The position numbers and the translations under genes were made by a program. DNA of 64,000 nucleotides, from assembly GCA_030390025.1 (NCBI GenBank), contig CM059431.1, positions 127,040,001 to 127,104,000 of the forward strand, written 5' to 3'. The stretch comes from Squalus acanthias. Taxonomy: Eukaryota. The notes below the pieces were generated by a model. It was not told the DNA's origin. It worked only from the letters and a program-made list of their open reading frames with translations, and did not search any database. Shown here piece by piece: positions 20,096 to 31,650 of this stretch (its first letter is position 1; every line of letters begins with the position of its first letter).

Positions 20096-21726
20096 TGTAA
20101 GGGATTCTGACCCTGCGTGTCTCGCAGCCTGTGAGATTCACGCGGCTCTGTGCAGCCTGTATGTCAGTGCGGGTTTAGGCCTTGTTGCCTGTTCTGGTCT
20201 CCAGCCAGTCTGGGAGCACTAGACACACCTGTGAGTGGTTCGAATCACTCGCCCTTACGGTTCTAGACACTGGACTTAGATGCGAGAGCAGTAATGGAGA
20301 TGAAACTCATTTGAATGGTACGAAATGGAAAATCTTTATTGCATGATATTTAAGATTACGAAATACATGTCATAAGCACAGATTAATGACAGTACAATCT
20401 TACAAGCAGTTATATAGCTGATCCTAGGGAAACGAGGAACGAACGACACACCGTAAATAGGGGCACACATTACAAGTATCCTTAATACTTAAACCCTCCC
20501 CTATCAATATCTGTCCTAGCTAGATTCGTAGGATTTCGAGACTCATGCTCACCACTCGTGATAACTCGGAGAAATTCCGAATAGCTGATCGGATGTTTTT
20601 CACCGCAGCACCCACGTGTCGATCAGGAGGTCTCCTGGTCCCACTTGTTTACTTGCTTCTGCTCCAGCTAGCAGGCTGGACCGTCTGCTGTGATGAAGAT
20701 CTGTGTTGGTTGGTTTAACAGGCACAGTCCGAATACAGCCCAGTCAATATCATCTTTGACGATCCGTTCTTGCAAGTTCAAAGAAGTCTTCCTGGCAAAG
20801 AAAACTTGGCTGTTCGACCTACAGGCACGGTCGGAATTTACTGACCGTGGCGATGAGTATGGTCTTCCTCTCTTCTCATTTCATCTCATCTCATCTCATC
20901 TCATCTCGGGCCTTTGGTTCCGATGCCAGTTACCAACATAGGTCTTCGTTACGCGACACGAGGTAGATCCGAACGGATCAGAAAGTTCAACAGTCTTTTT
21001 CAAAGAGGCACCAGGCAAGCAGGCACAAGACTACGAGTCAAAAACACAGGAGCAGCCACGAGGTTACGAGTCGATCGGATAAGAGAATAAGAGAAAGATG
21101 GACGGTTGGAGCTTGTAATTATAGTACAAAATCTTCCGTTTCCCGCCCAACCTTAATGTCCTTTCTTTTGTTTGGGTTTGGCGCTGAAATGTCTTGTATG
21201 GGTGATCTCCGTTCTTAATGGGTTTCGGGGCTACTCGTAACTGTCTGAGTACCTGTTAATATTTCTCCCATTGTTAAATCGGTCGGTGTTCTCCCTGGAG
21301 GGGTTTTGGGGCTTCCAAGTGTTTTGTATAACTACCTGCTAACGGCTCTCTCATCGTAGAGTCGTTGGGATTTTACATATTAATGTCTTTTGGATGGGCC
21401 CTTGATTACTCGGTACAATAGCTTTCATTCGTACCTGGGAGACCGATTTCAGTATTTATGTGTATACTGCAAACCCATAATGTCTCGTGTATTATCTTCA
21501 CTGTGCTGAATCTTAATCGATCTTGCACAAATGTTTATTGGAACGCCATCTTGTCTGCCTGTCGAAAAGTCTAGAATGTTCTGTCACGAGGTGCGGCGGC
21601 CATTTTACAGGCTGCTTGTGTCCACTTTGAGAAACCTGACAGCATTCTGCTGAAATAAAAGCTGTTTGAACGAGACTCTGTGTTTTCTCCTTATTAATAA
21701 AATCGCGATATATTGCGAATTCTACA
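20096..21726 (-). repeat. 5' LTR (1631 bp)
   Basis: Near-identical to 8609-10249 but lacks GTAGACTCGG. Followed on the minus strand by the PBS. Confidence 0.95.
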
Positions 21727-22899
21727 AGATGCCTTCACAGATCTGGAGGAACCCTTCAGAACGCACCAGCCAGGGTCTCCAGAATCATTGTGGTCTGCTG
21801 CACCCTGCACAACATAGCACAGCAGAAGGATTAGCGCTACCTAAGGACCAAGGCACTGAGCGCACAGCCTCTTCAGAGGAGGAGGAGGAGCAGGAGGAGC
21901 ATCAGCTTGAAGACGAGGAGGAGGAGCACGAGGAACCTGCGGCCCAGATCCCACCAGCACCCGAGCACATTGCTGCCTGGGAGGCAGGGATGGCCTCATC
22001 ATGGCCAAATTTACTTAACTTTACGCAGTACACCCATATGGCTGCCACATGCTGCGCCAGGTTGGCACCACCCCACATCAACACCTAAAGCATCGCTACA
22101 ATGACCAAGCCATTCCTTTCACACTGACCACCATTGCTGGAGGTAAAGTTATGTCTCACCATTCACTCCAACTCACTAAGCCACTTCCAAAGGTGCACAC
22201 AAATTTGTCCATGTCCAGAAAGTGGTGAAAATAAATACTTTTATCTGTGACATCACAGTAACGGAAACTTTACAGAAACATTTAATAAAACACCCGAGTG
22301 GCTACCCTTGTGAATCAACTTCTATTTCATCTTTCTCTTACGCGTGCTTCTATGAGGTGCTACTCCTGTGGCTTCAGCAGAGGTAGAGGCAGCCTGCTCA
22401 CTTCCCTGCCGTGACTGCATAGACGCTTTTGGCGGACATCCTCTGGGTTTTGGTGCCTGTGATGGCCCCGCCAAAGTCTCCTCCTCCTACGACTGTGCAG
22501 GGGCAGACTCGGCCATAGTGATCTGAGGAGGCATCTGAGGCTCTAACTGAGGGGGCGGGGTTGGGGGGGGGGCAACGCAGGGGAAGTGTAAGTGCTTTGA
22601 GAGGAGCCTCCACTTGCATGTCCCCTCTCATCATCATCCCTCTCGTGGGCCACCCGCACTTCCTGCTAGCAAGGAGCTGGAGAGCGCCTTGCTGCACAGC
22701 AATGGGGCCATGAGGATCCACGTCTACATTGACATCATTCCTAGAGAGGGTGTCTATCTGTCTCTGCCATCTATTCTCCATAGAGACCATGTGTTCCTGT
22801 GAGTGGAGCATTAGCTGCTCCAAGCAGGTGACCATCCTATCCATGGAAGAGCCTACAGTCGCCATCTCCTCGACACAGTGGTGCTCATGTTGGAGATGG

Positions 22900-25082
22900 T
22901 GAAGGGATAATTACAAGTCCTAGCCCTTTTCGGGCCACCCCGGATCAAGCATATTCCCCAGACATTCCCCTTCAACTAAAGTTAGAGATAGCCGAATCCT
23001 ATAAGACGCTTAATTGGGTCTAAAGGTCCAGACTATTTCTCCCTAAAGGAAAGAAATGACTTGAAGATATTACCGTCCTCCAGATAGCACTTTTAATAAG
23101 TTTAACTAGACTGTAACCTTCCGGACATTATGAGGGTCCGGGAACCCCCCCCCCCCAGAATTCTGCAACTCCTCACAAAAGAGTGTACAGAGATTTGAGT
23201 TTGCGAGGTTGATACAGAAATACTCTGTGAGACAATTCTAAAAATATATAGATTTATTAAGGAACCAACATTTAGTTAACAGTTGGTGAGTCAATCGCAA
23301 CTTTAACAGTTCAAAATACAAATAGCTTACATTTCTTATTCTCAGAGATCCTTATTCTCAAATCTTAACTTCATTACATTTTTACATTTCTACTTATTCT
23401 TAATCCAGAATATCCACCAAAATCAAATAAAAGTACCGTATGATCCCCGAGACTCAAAGAGTTAAAAACTTACAGAGCCTGCCTCTGAAGTTGAGAATCA
23501 CTTTCCCTTTCCAGTAACTTCTGTTTTCCCATTTGAAAATCCATATCTTATACTCTTTTGCAGTGGTATCCCCTTTGAAGTTTTCTGCTGATGTAAGCTA
23601 ATTATCCCTAGTCAGTCTTTCTGTTGACTTCTTTCTGTTCTTACTGTTAATTCAGCTGCTAACTCTCAGAATCCTGTCTGCTGTATAGGTGTTTCATAAC
23701 TTATCATATAAAATGGCTATTACAGATTTATCTCTTTGATGGCATTCTTACGAAGGTCTTCAATTCAATTCTTAATATCCCGTTAACTGGTTATAAGCAG
23801 ACGTTATGTCTACTAGCTGTTCCATTTTCAATACAAACACAATGGGCTGGATTTTCATTGACCAATGGGGGCGGGTTTAGAGGCGTGTGGGGGGTTAAAA
23901 TTGCGAAAACTGGCGGGCGGGCACAAGTCTGCCTCCATCCCGCCTCCACGCAATTTTCATTAAATCGTGTCTGCTGGTCCCGACTCCGTCCCTCCTCTAA
24001 GAGGCGGAATTGGCTGTTAAGGCCCTTAACAAGCACTAATTTGCCTCTATAATGCCATTTTGAAAGGCCTTTGTGATTTTAACCCTTGTTCTACGTGAAG
24101 CATGCCTGTTTTGAACCATGATTGTGAAACCTGGTGGGGAGCATGGCTGACTGGCTATAGGGATGCATATATGGATGGCTATGGGGATGGATGTATATAT
24201 GGATGGAGAGGAGACCTATCTGGGAGTGGTGGTGTAAAAATATCTGGGAGCAGACTTAGGACTGCTGCTGCTCATTTTGCAGGTCCTCTCACAGCAAAGG
24301 CCAGGCAGTCTTTGAAGACCTTCAATGCAGCAGCAATGATGACATCATCAAAGGCGACTTTCAGACTGAAAACACTAATTGGTTCATGGGTTCCCACATG
24401 CTGGAACTCAATTGCCCAATTAAGTGAAAATTGCATCAATCTCCCACATCCAATTGCAGTCGGGTGGATAACACGAAAAGTGCATGACACGACCCCAACC
24501 CGCCCCAGTATCAAAATCCAGCCCAATGTGATTGCTTGGTGTCATCTATTGATATTATATCTTCAAAGTGTTCTGTAGGTATCATATTTACAATATGTAA
24601 ATCAAAACCACTTCAATCAGGGTGCTCCATGCATTTCTTAGCTACTTCAATTGGTTGTGTTTCCTGTTTCATTTGATGTACTTTTACAAGGCACATGGTT
24701 TTTTAATGTTCTGTGTTTCTGTTCGAAGTGTTATTTTTAACACTTTAAACTGGGTATAGCATTGTGTTGGTTCCAAACTGCAGACTCCTTGGAAGCAAGC
24801 CTTTGCTTCTTCAATAGGGCCATTGTCTCAGTGTCAATAACCATTTCCCATTTCAAAAGCTTGTATGGTGTCTACAGCTTTGTGTTAACAAGCTCATCTT
24901 ATCTCAGAAGCCTGTATTTACAGCTTTGTGTCATTGAGGCTTTTAGATTTTTAAACCCAGTTTGTCATATTTTAATAATGTCAGAATTCTGTTCATAGGA
25001 TGGTGTAATTTTCTGAAATATGGCTCATTCCTTCACAATGGACTCCTCCATTCTCTGGACATTTTCAGACATCATGGTCACA
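22900..25082 (-). mobile_element. Probable solo LTR (second family), interrupted by a MITE
   Basis: TG...CA termini. Both ends are homologous to 39904-41258. TATA-like and AATAAA motifs on the minus strand. TSD not resolved. Confidence 0.6.
23844..24524. mobile_element. Harbinger-type MITE
   Basis: Perfect TIRs GGGCTGGATTTT / AAAATCCAGCCC with 3-bp TSD AAT. Confidence 0.85.
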
Positions 25083-26689
25083 AAACCCGTCAAACCCTCC
25101 TGCATTTCTTGCTGCACCTCCAGGAACGCTCTCTTTCTGGATGGCCCCCAAGGCTCAGCGTCTGCATGCAACTGAGCAGAGCTGGAAGCGTCCTGTGCCC
25201 TCCGTCAAGGAGTCTCCACTGCTGTCCCAGTTTCCACCATCTGTTCTTGCTCACCTGTGACTTGTGAGACACCAGGTGACAACACTACTCTATCGCGTAT
25301 GGCACCCACCAAGGTGTGCGTATCTGCGCTGGTGCTGGGTGCATTTATGTCTGGTGACGGTGCACCCTCAGAGACTGGAAGCCCCTCTGAGGAGTCTTCT
25401 TCCTCTTCCTCCTGGACAGTGGTGGGGGTGGGGGTGGGGGGGGGGGGCAGCTCTTGACGGACCTGTGGGAGAGTAAAGAGATGTGTTAGATATGTCAAAT
25501 GAAGAATGGGTAACGATACCATTATGCACATGATGAACATTCACTGGCTGCTGACATCAGTCCCCACATGAGTGACTGCTGTATGCCATTTAGCTGTATG
25601 ATATGTAATTCTGTCACCAGGTTGCTGAGGTGTCCCCCCCCCCCTCTCCGTTTCCCACCTCCAGCTGCTCGGTGACTCCAGAGACTTCCAAGGCAGTCTC
25701 CTCTGCTGATGTTATGGTGGCCAATGATGGAGGGCCACCTCCAGTTCTCTCACTCTCCCTCTTATTGTGGGCTCTCTTTTCCTGCAAGGAGGGAAAGAGA
25801 AGATTGAGTGAGAGTGATGGAATGAGTGTAAGAAATGAATGGGTTACATCTGTAGAGGGTGACTATGATGGTGTGGGGTGGCAATGCCAAGTGGCCTCCT
25901 TGTGTGTTGTTAGTTGGTATGATTGCATTAGGATGAGGGTGAGTGTGAGGGCTGGCTAGTCAGATGGGGATGTGATAATGTAAATAGAGAGAGAGGGATG
26001 GGTGGACATGCACGGTATGTTGGTGTGAGTAAGGATGTGCAGGAGCAGGGTTCGGAAGGCAGAGTGAGGGGGATGTAATGAGAGGCTCAGCAGGATGAAG
26101 GTGAGTGTGGCTTTGCACTCACCTTTCCTGATGTAATGAGATCATTGAAACGTTTGCGTCACTGCACCCATGTCCTCCTGACCACATCCCTGCTGTTGAC
26201 CTCCTCTGCTATTTGGAGCCAGGGTCGTTTTGTCTCCTGGTGAGGTCTCTTCCGCCCATTAGAAGGGAAGAGGACCTCCCTGCGTGCTCTCACTCCCTCC
26301 ACAAGCATATGGAGGGAATCATTGGAGAACCTGGGTGCATCCCTCTGTCTCAGTGCAGTCATTTTTGGCACTCTTTGTAGCAGTCCAATTGTCCAGTGTG
26401 CTGCCTGCATACTCCTAGAAGAACCTTCACATGCAATGTGGCCATGGCTCCTTTAAATATCCCAGCTGAAAACACGTCATCGATGACATCATCAGACCTA
26501 CACCATTTAATAGGGCTGGGAAACGCGCAGGGCTGCCTTAATAGGCTCCATTAATGGAAAGTCGTTCTGCAGAGCGGCATGGTATGAAGAACAGTGTCGT
26601 AACCCGCCACGGCAACCGCCCGCACCCGACCTGCCTAGGTACCGAATATTCAGGCCCTCATCGCAGCTTGATTCAGGCATAGTTGCAGA

Positions 26690-27815
26690 AGATAAATGTC
26701 AGAGGAGAGGTGAGAGTAGCTCTCGACATCAAGGGGGCAGTCAACTGCATATCACACCAAGGAGGCCTAGCAAAATGGAGGTCAGTGGAGATTAAAGGGA
26801 AATCCTACAGTGGTTGGAGTTGTACCTGATATAAAGTAACATGACCATGGTTCATAGAGGTAAATCATCGCAGCTCTTGGAACTGTAGGAATTCTTCTGG
26901 GAAGTGTCTTTGACCCAACCAACGTCAGCTGCTTCTTTAGGAGGTCTGGAGTGGGGATGTTCGCTGACGATTCTACATTCTATGTTGTTCAGCTCCATTC
27001 ACATTCCTATGGTAATGAAGCAGCCCATTCCAACCTACAGCAGGTCTTGGACAACATCCAGGCTTGGGCTGATACATGGCATGTAACGTTCACTTCACAT
27101 AAGTGTTAATAAATGCTCAACTCGAACAAGAGAAAGTCCAACATCTCCCCAACCTTCAATGGCACCACCATTAACAAATTCCCTACCAGCCAATATTGGC
27201 CAGAAACTTCTCTGGAATCGTCATATCAGCAATATGGCTACAAGAGCAGGGTAGAGGCTGGGTATTCTATGAAAAGTGGCTCAACTCCTGATCCCTCAAA
27301 GCCTCTCCACCATCTACAAAAGTTAAATCAGGATTGCGATGCAATACTCACCACTTGCCTGGATGGGTGCAGCCAACATCAAAAAGCCCAACACCATCCA
27401 GGACAGTGTAAAGTGCTTGATCGGCACTCCTGTCATTGGACTCAAATTGCATCCCTCCATCATTGGCACACTGTGGCTGTGCTATGTAATATCTACAGGA
27501 CGCACTGCAGCATGTCTCCATGGTTGCTTTGAAAGCATCCGGGCCCCCCTCCCCCTCCTCCGCGAGGCCTCTCCTATCAAGAAGGACAAGAGCATGGACT
27601 GTAAAGGATACACTGCCATCTCCAAGTTCCTCTCTAAGTTACACACCATCCTGACTTGGACATATATCCCACCATTGCTTCATCATCACTGGGTCAATAA
27701 TCTGAAATTCCCTACCTAACAACAATGCTTGAAGAAGAAGGCCCACCACCACCTTTAGGCAGCTAGGAATAGTCAATAAACATGGCCCTGCCAGCGTCAC
27801 CCCATCTCAAGTACA
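26690..27815 (+). mobile_element. Degraded CR1/L2-group LINE fragment (same family as 7020-7990)
   Basis: QYSPLAWMGAA and IYRTHCS remnants; tail GCCCTGCCAGCGTCACCCC. Confidence 0.7.
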
Positions 27816-29629
27816 AATTTTAAAAAAAGAATCAATCATCAGAATGGCTCGGTACGTGAAATTCACAATGAAGTCATTAACTGAAGGCTGAGGTGCAGTG
27901 TTCTCTACAGTGTACAGTTTAAATTGGAGATGTATGTTCAGGTTGTAAGAAACACATTTTTCAATAGGTGTTACACTATCTAATATCTGAAACCGCAGCT
28001 GTGAGTTGAATAGTTGCAGACTTAGGGGTCAAAATCTACAGCTCTTCCCATTGTAAAATAAAGCCAGGACTTTGATATGCAGTTCCATGGCAGTTTCCAG
28101 AGGCCCTTGTTTGGGGCTGAGCCCACATTAAACACGCTCCCAGTGTTGAGTCTCCTTCACAGGCCGAGACTTTCCTCATCGCCAGCCTGAGCGAAGATTG
28201 GTACATGCGCACTAACCTGCTGTTTGGCAGAAGTGGGGACCACCTGGGGGGCTCAGCCATGGCCTAGGCCACTGAAGGCTGAACTATTTTTGCCAGGTTA
28301 AAAGGGGCTAATGTGCACAGTCCTGAATCTTTTGGGGAGGGGGTGTTGCCCAAGTATTCCACCCATTTGCAGGTCGGGCACCTCGTGTGGAATTGGGGTT
28401 TCACCCTTTGGCAGGGACCTAAGATTTGCCCCCAGTGATGCAGGTGCCCATCCAAAATATTTAAATTAGGTTACTTCCCCCAACCCCAAATGCTTTGGCG
28501 GGGTCAGCACCAGTGTTCACTGCACTTACACCAGCCTGTAGATTTCGGAGCTTTATAGTGGAGCGTGTCCCTTTATGGAACACACATACAAATTACATAG
28601 AAGCCTCTCTACTTCAGTACGGTGAATTGCAGCGGTGGGAATGTAAGTATATGGAGATTTAAAGCAAATGCTCCATGTTGAATTCATGGTGAAGTTTACC
28701 TGAGTTTGGTTACCTGAGTCACAGTAACATGAGTAGCATCTGAAGCATTGTGGAAACGGTACATTCAGTGCATTTTTGCTACATCTGCTTCTTTTGCCAC
28801 TCTGCAGGGTGACTTTGAGCAGGCTGTTGTGAATAGATCTTACTGCTCAGCAAAGATCCACATCCACATCAAAGATCTTTTGTTCTGCCTTCAGGAGCTT
28901 CAAAACTCCTTTTAGCGAATGAGACTCCAGGTAACGGTTTTAGTTTTCACAGAAAAACAAACTGAATCCCAAAAGACTAATTAAAAAAACTGAAATATAA
29001 TATAATCAAAAATAATTTAAAATTATTTAGTCACCTTGAAGCAGGGCCATGGTCCTAGGCCTTTAATTAGGGCCCATTTTGAGCTGTATGTTGTTACTGA
29101 GTTGTCATCTGTTTGGGGGCTGTATAGGTCTTTCTAAAGCTGTTTTTATGCTTTTCCTTATTAGTTGTCATGCACAACCAAGAGACAGAAATCAAGTCGG
29201 CGCTTAGATGAAGATTTTCCACCTTGCCACCTCTCACCTACCTTCAAAAACTTTCTAAAAACCTACTTGTTTAACTGCACCTTCAACCGCCTCCCATAAA
29301 CCTCTCTCCCCTTCATGCGCAGTGTCTTCCAATCTCCTAAAGAGTGCTCAGGACATTGGTTATATGAAAGACATTATATAAATGTAAGTTGTTATTTTTG
29401 AACTATCAAGGTCTTGACAAATCTGAATGAATGAGAGAGAGAATTGACAAGAAAGGCTGGAGATTTTGAATGACTAAGGTACATAGTAACATAGCAACAG
29501 TTTCAGGCAGGAGACGACCTTCAGTCCATCTAATCCACCTAATCATAATTTTCTGATGAAAGGTCATAGACCTGAAAAGTTAACCCTACCTTCCTTTCTC
29601 ATCAGGTGCTGCCTGACCTGCTGAGTACA

Positions 29630-30415
29630 TAGGATTACATGCATAGGATACACAGCACAAAATCAGGCCATTTGGCCCAACCAGTCCATGTTGCCATTTA
29701 TGCTCCACTCGAGCCTTCTCCCGTCTTTACTTATCTAACTCTATCAGCATAACCCTCTATGCCCTTCTCCCTCATATGCTTATCTAGCCTCCCCTTAAAT
29801 GCATCTATACTATTCGCTTCAACCACTCCCTGTGGTAGCAAGTTCCACATTCTCACCACTCTCTGGGTAAAGAATATTCCCTATTTGATTTCTTGATGAC
29901 TATCTTATATTGAAGGCCTCTAGTTTTGTTCTAGCCCACAAGTGGAAACACTCTCCCTGTATCTACACTAACAAAACCGTTCATAATTTTAAAGACCTCT
30001 ATTAAATCACCCCTCAGCCATCTCTTTTCAGCCTGATCATCCTTTCCTGATAGATATAACCTTGCCTTTCTGGTATCAGTCTTGTAAATATTTTTTGCAC
30101 TCTCTCCAGTGCCTCTATATCCTTTTAATAATATGGCGACCAGAATTGTACACAGTACTCCAAGTGTGGTCTAACCAACGTTCGATACAAGTTTAGCATA
30201 AATTCACTACTTTTCAATTCTATCCCATGAGAAATAAACCCTCGTGTCTTGATTTGCTTTTTTTATGGTCTTATTAACCTGCGTCACTACCTTTAGTGAT
30301 TTGTGTATTTGTACTCCGAGGTCCCTTTGCTCTTCTACCCCATTCAGATACTTATTTTCCAAATAATATGTGACCTCCTTATTTTTCTTACCAAAATGTA
30401 ATACGTCACTTTTAT
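29630..30415 (-). mobile_element. CR1 LINE 3' fragment
   Basis: Plus strand CAGTACTCCAAGTGTGGTCTAAC (RPHLEYC on minus) and CCACTCTCTGGGTAAAGAA; CR1 tail near 29660. Confidence 0.75.
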
Positions 30416-30417
30416 AT

Positions 30418-30705
30418 GGGAACGGTAGTATAGCGGTTATGTTACTAGACTAGTAATCCAGAGGTCTAGACTAATGATCCAGCAACATGAGTTCAAATCC
30501 CACCACAGCAGCAAGGAATTTAAATGTAGTTAATTAAATAAATCTGGAATAAAAAGCTAGTATCAGTAATGGTGACCATGTAACTACCGGATTGTCGTAA
30601 AAAACCATCTGGTTCACTAATGTCCTTTAGGGAAAGAAGCCTGCCGTCCTTACCTGATCTGACCTGTATGTGACGCCAGACTCGCCACAATGCGGTTGAC
30701 TCTTA
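30418..30705 (+). mobile_element. tRNA-derived SINE, truncated by a Harbinger derivative
   Basis: A/B-box-like GGTAGTATAGCGGTTA and GAGTTCAAATCCC. A related fragment lies at ~50530-50640. Confidence 0.65.
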
Positions 30706-31650
30706 GGCCACGATTTACCCTACCGTGGCAGGTCTCGGCCCCTCTGCTGACTCCCTTCTGGCCTCCGAAATTAGTATCCGATGATTGGGCTTGTTAAGTC
30801 TGCCCAGTGAGTTTCCTGGCCAATTGAAGGAAGCTGGTCTGACGAGGACATTTATGGCGCGTCATCAGCCGGTTTCCTTAAAGGGACCATGCCTAAATTT
30901 ATTTTGACATTTGTGCTGTCAGTGTTCTACAGCATTGAGATGCTGCAAACACTGACAAACACTGCACAGAGGTGCACGGCTGCACCCAGGCTCTCCCATG
31001 ACGCCCTCCATATGCTTATGGAGGGAGTCACAGCACGTAGGGAGGTTCTCTTCCTGTCCCATTGGCACCAACACAGCCTGGTTGCACATTGCACAGGAAC
31101 ACACAAGCAGGGATGTCATCAGGAGGACCAGGGTGCAGTGGTGCAAACTTTTCAATGATCTCAGTAGATCACGAAACGTTACTGCAAAGCCACACTCAAC
31201 CTCATCCTGCTGTGCCACTCATCACATCCCCATCACTCTGCCTTCCCTACCCTACTCCTGCACATCCTTACTCACACCAACTTACCTTGCACCTCCACCC
31301 ATCCCTCTCTATCTACATTATCACATCTCCATCTCACTAGCCACCCCTCGAACTCACCCTCATCCTAGTGCAATCATACCAACTAACAACACACAAGGGT
31401 AAGCACTTGTGTGTTTTAGCCAATGTTCATGTTAAGTTTCTGTTAATGTGCTGTCAAACACTGAAATATTTATTTTCAACACTTTGCGTGCTTGAACAGA
31501 TTTGTGTGCACCTTTGGAACTGGCTTGGTGAGTTGCAGTGAATGGTGAGACATAACGGTACCCCTCCACAATGGTGACGAGTATGAAAGAAATGGCTTGG
31601 GCATGGTGGGGATGCTTTATGGTGCTGGTGTGGGGTGGTACAAACCTTCC
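30706..31650 (+). mobile_element. Partial copy of the non-autonomous Harbinger family of 3663-5440
   Basis: Starts GGCCACGATTT and is colinear with ~3770-4650. Confidence 0.75.

Larger units (their letters stand above)
8609..21726 (-). mobile_element. Near-intact endogenous retrovirus-like provirus (LTR-gag-pol-env-LTR), lokiretrovirus-like
   Basis: TG...CA LTR pair, AGAT TSD (8605-8608 and 21727-21730), PBS, PPT, gag, pol with tether plus RNase H, and F-type env. Confidence 0.95.
8390..26657. mobile_element. Decayed two-gene PIF/Harbinger transposon, interrupted by the provirus (8609-21726) and a solo LTR (22900-25082)
   Basis: Transposase on + reads DCLEARAIH/WLMTP...EQTIGMLKMHFR|CLHRSGGTLQN...LHNIA...poly-E across the provirus. 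A convergent Myb/SANT gene on - has exon 1 at 26362-26123 (APRFSNDSLHMLVEGVRARREVLF...Q*RKRFNDL|GTGAGT), exon 2 at ~25781-25615, and exon 3 from ~25462 continuing at 22899-22398. Terminus ATATTCAGGCCC at 26657. Left end truncated. Confidence 0.75.

Noticed and set aside
28808..28930. AG/GT-bounded 123-bp exon-like segment
   Set aside because: Stops occur in all three frames and no partner exons were found. At most a non-coding exon.
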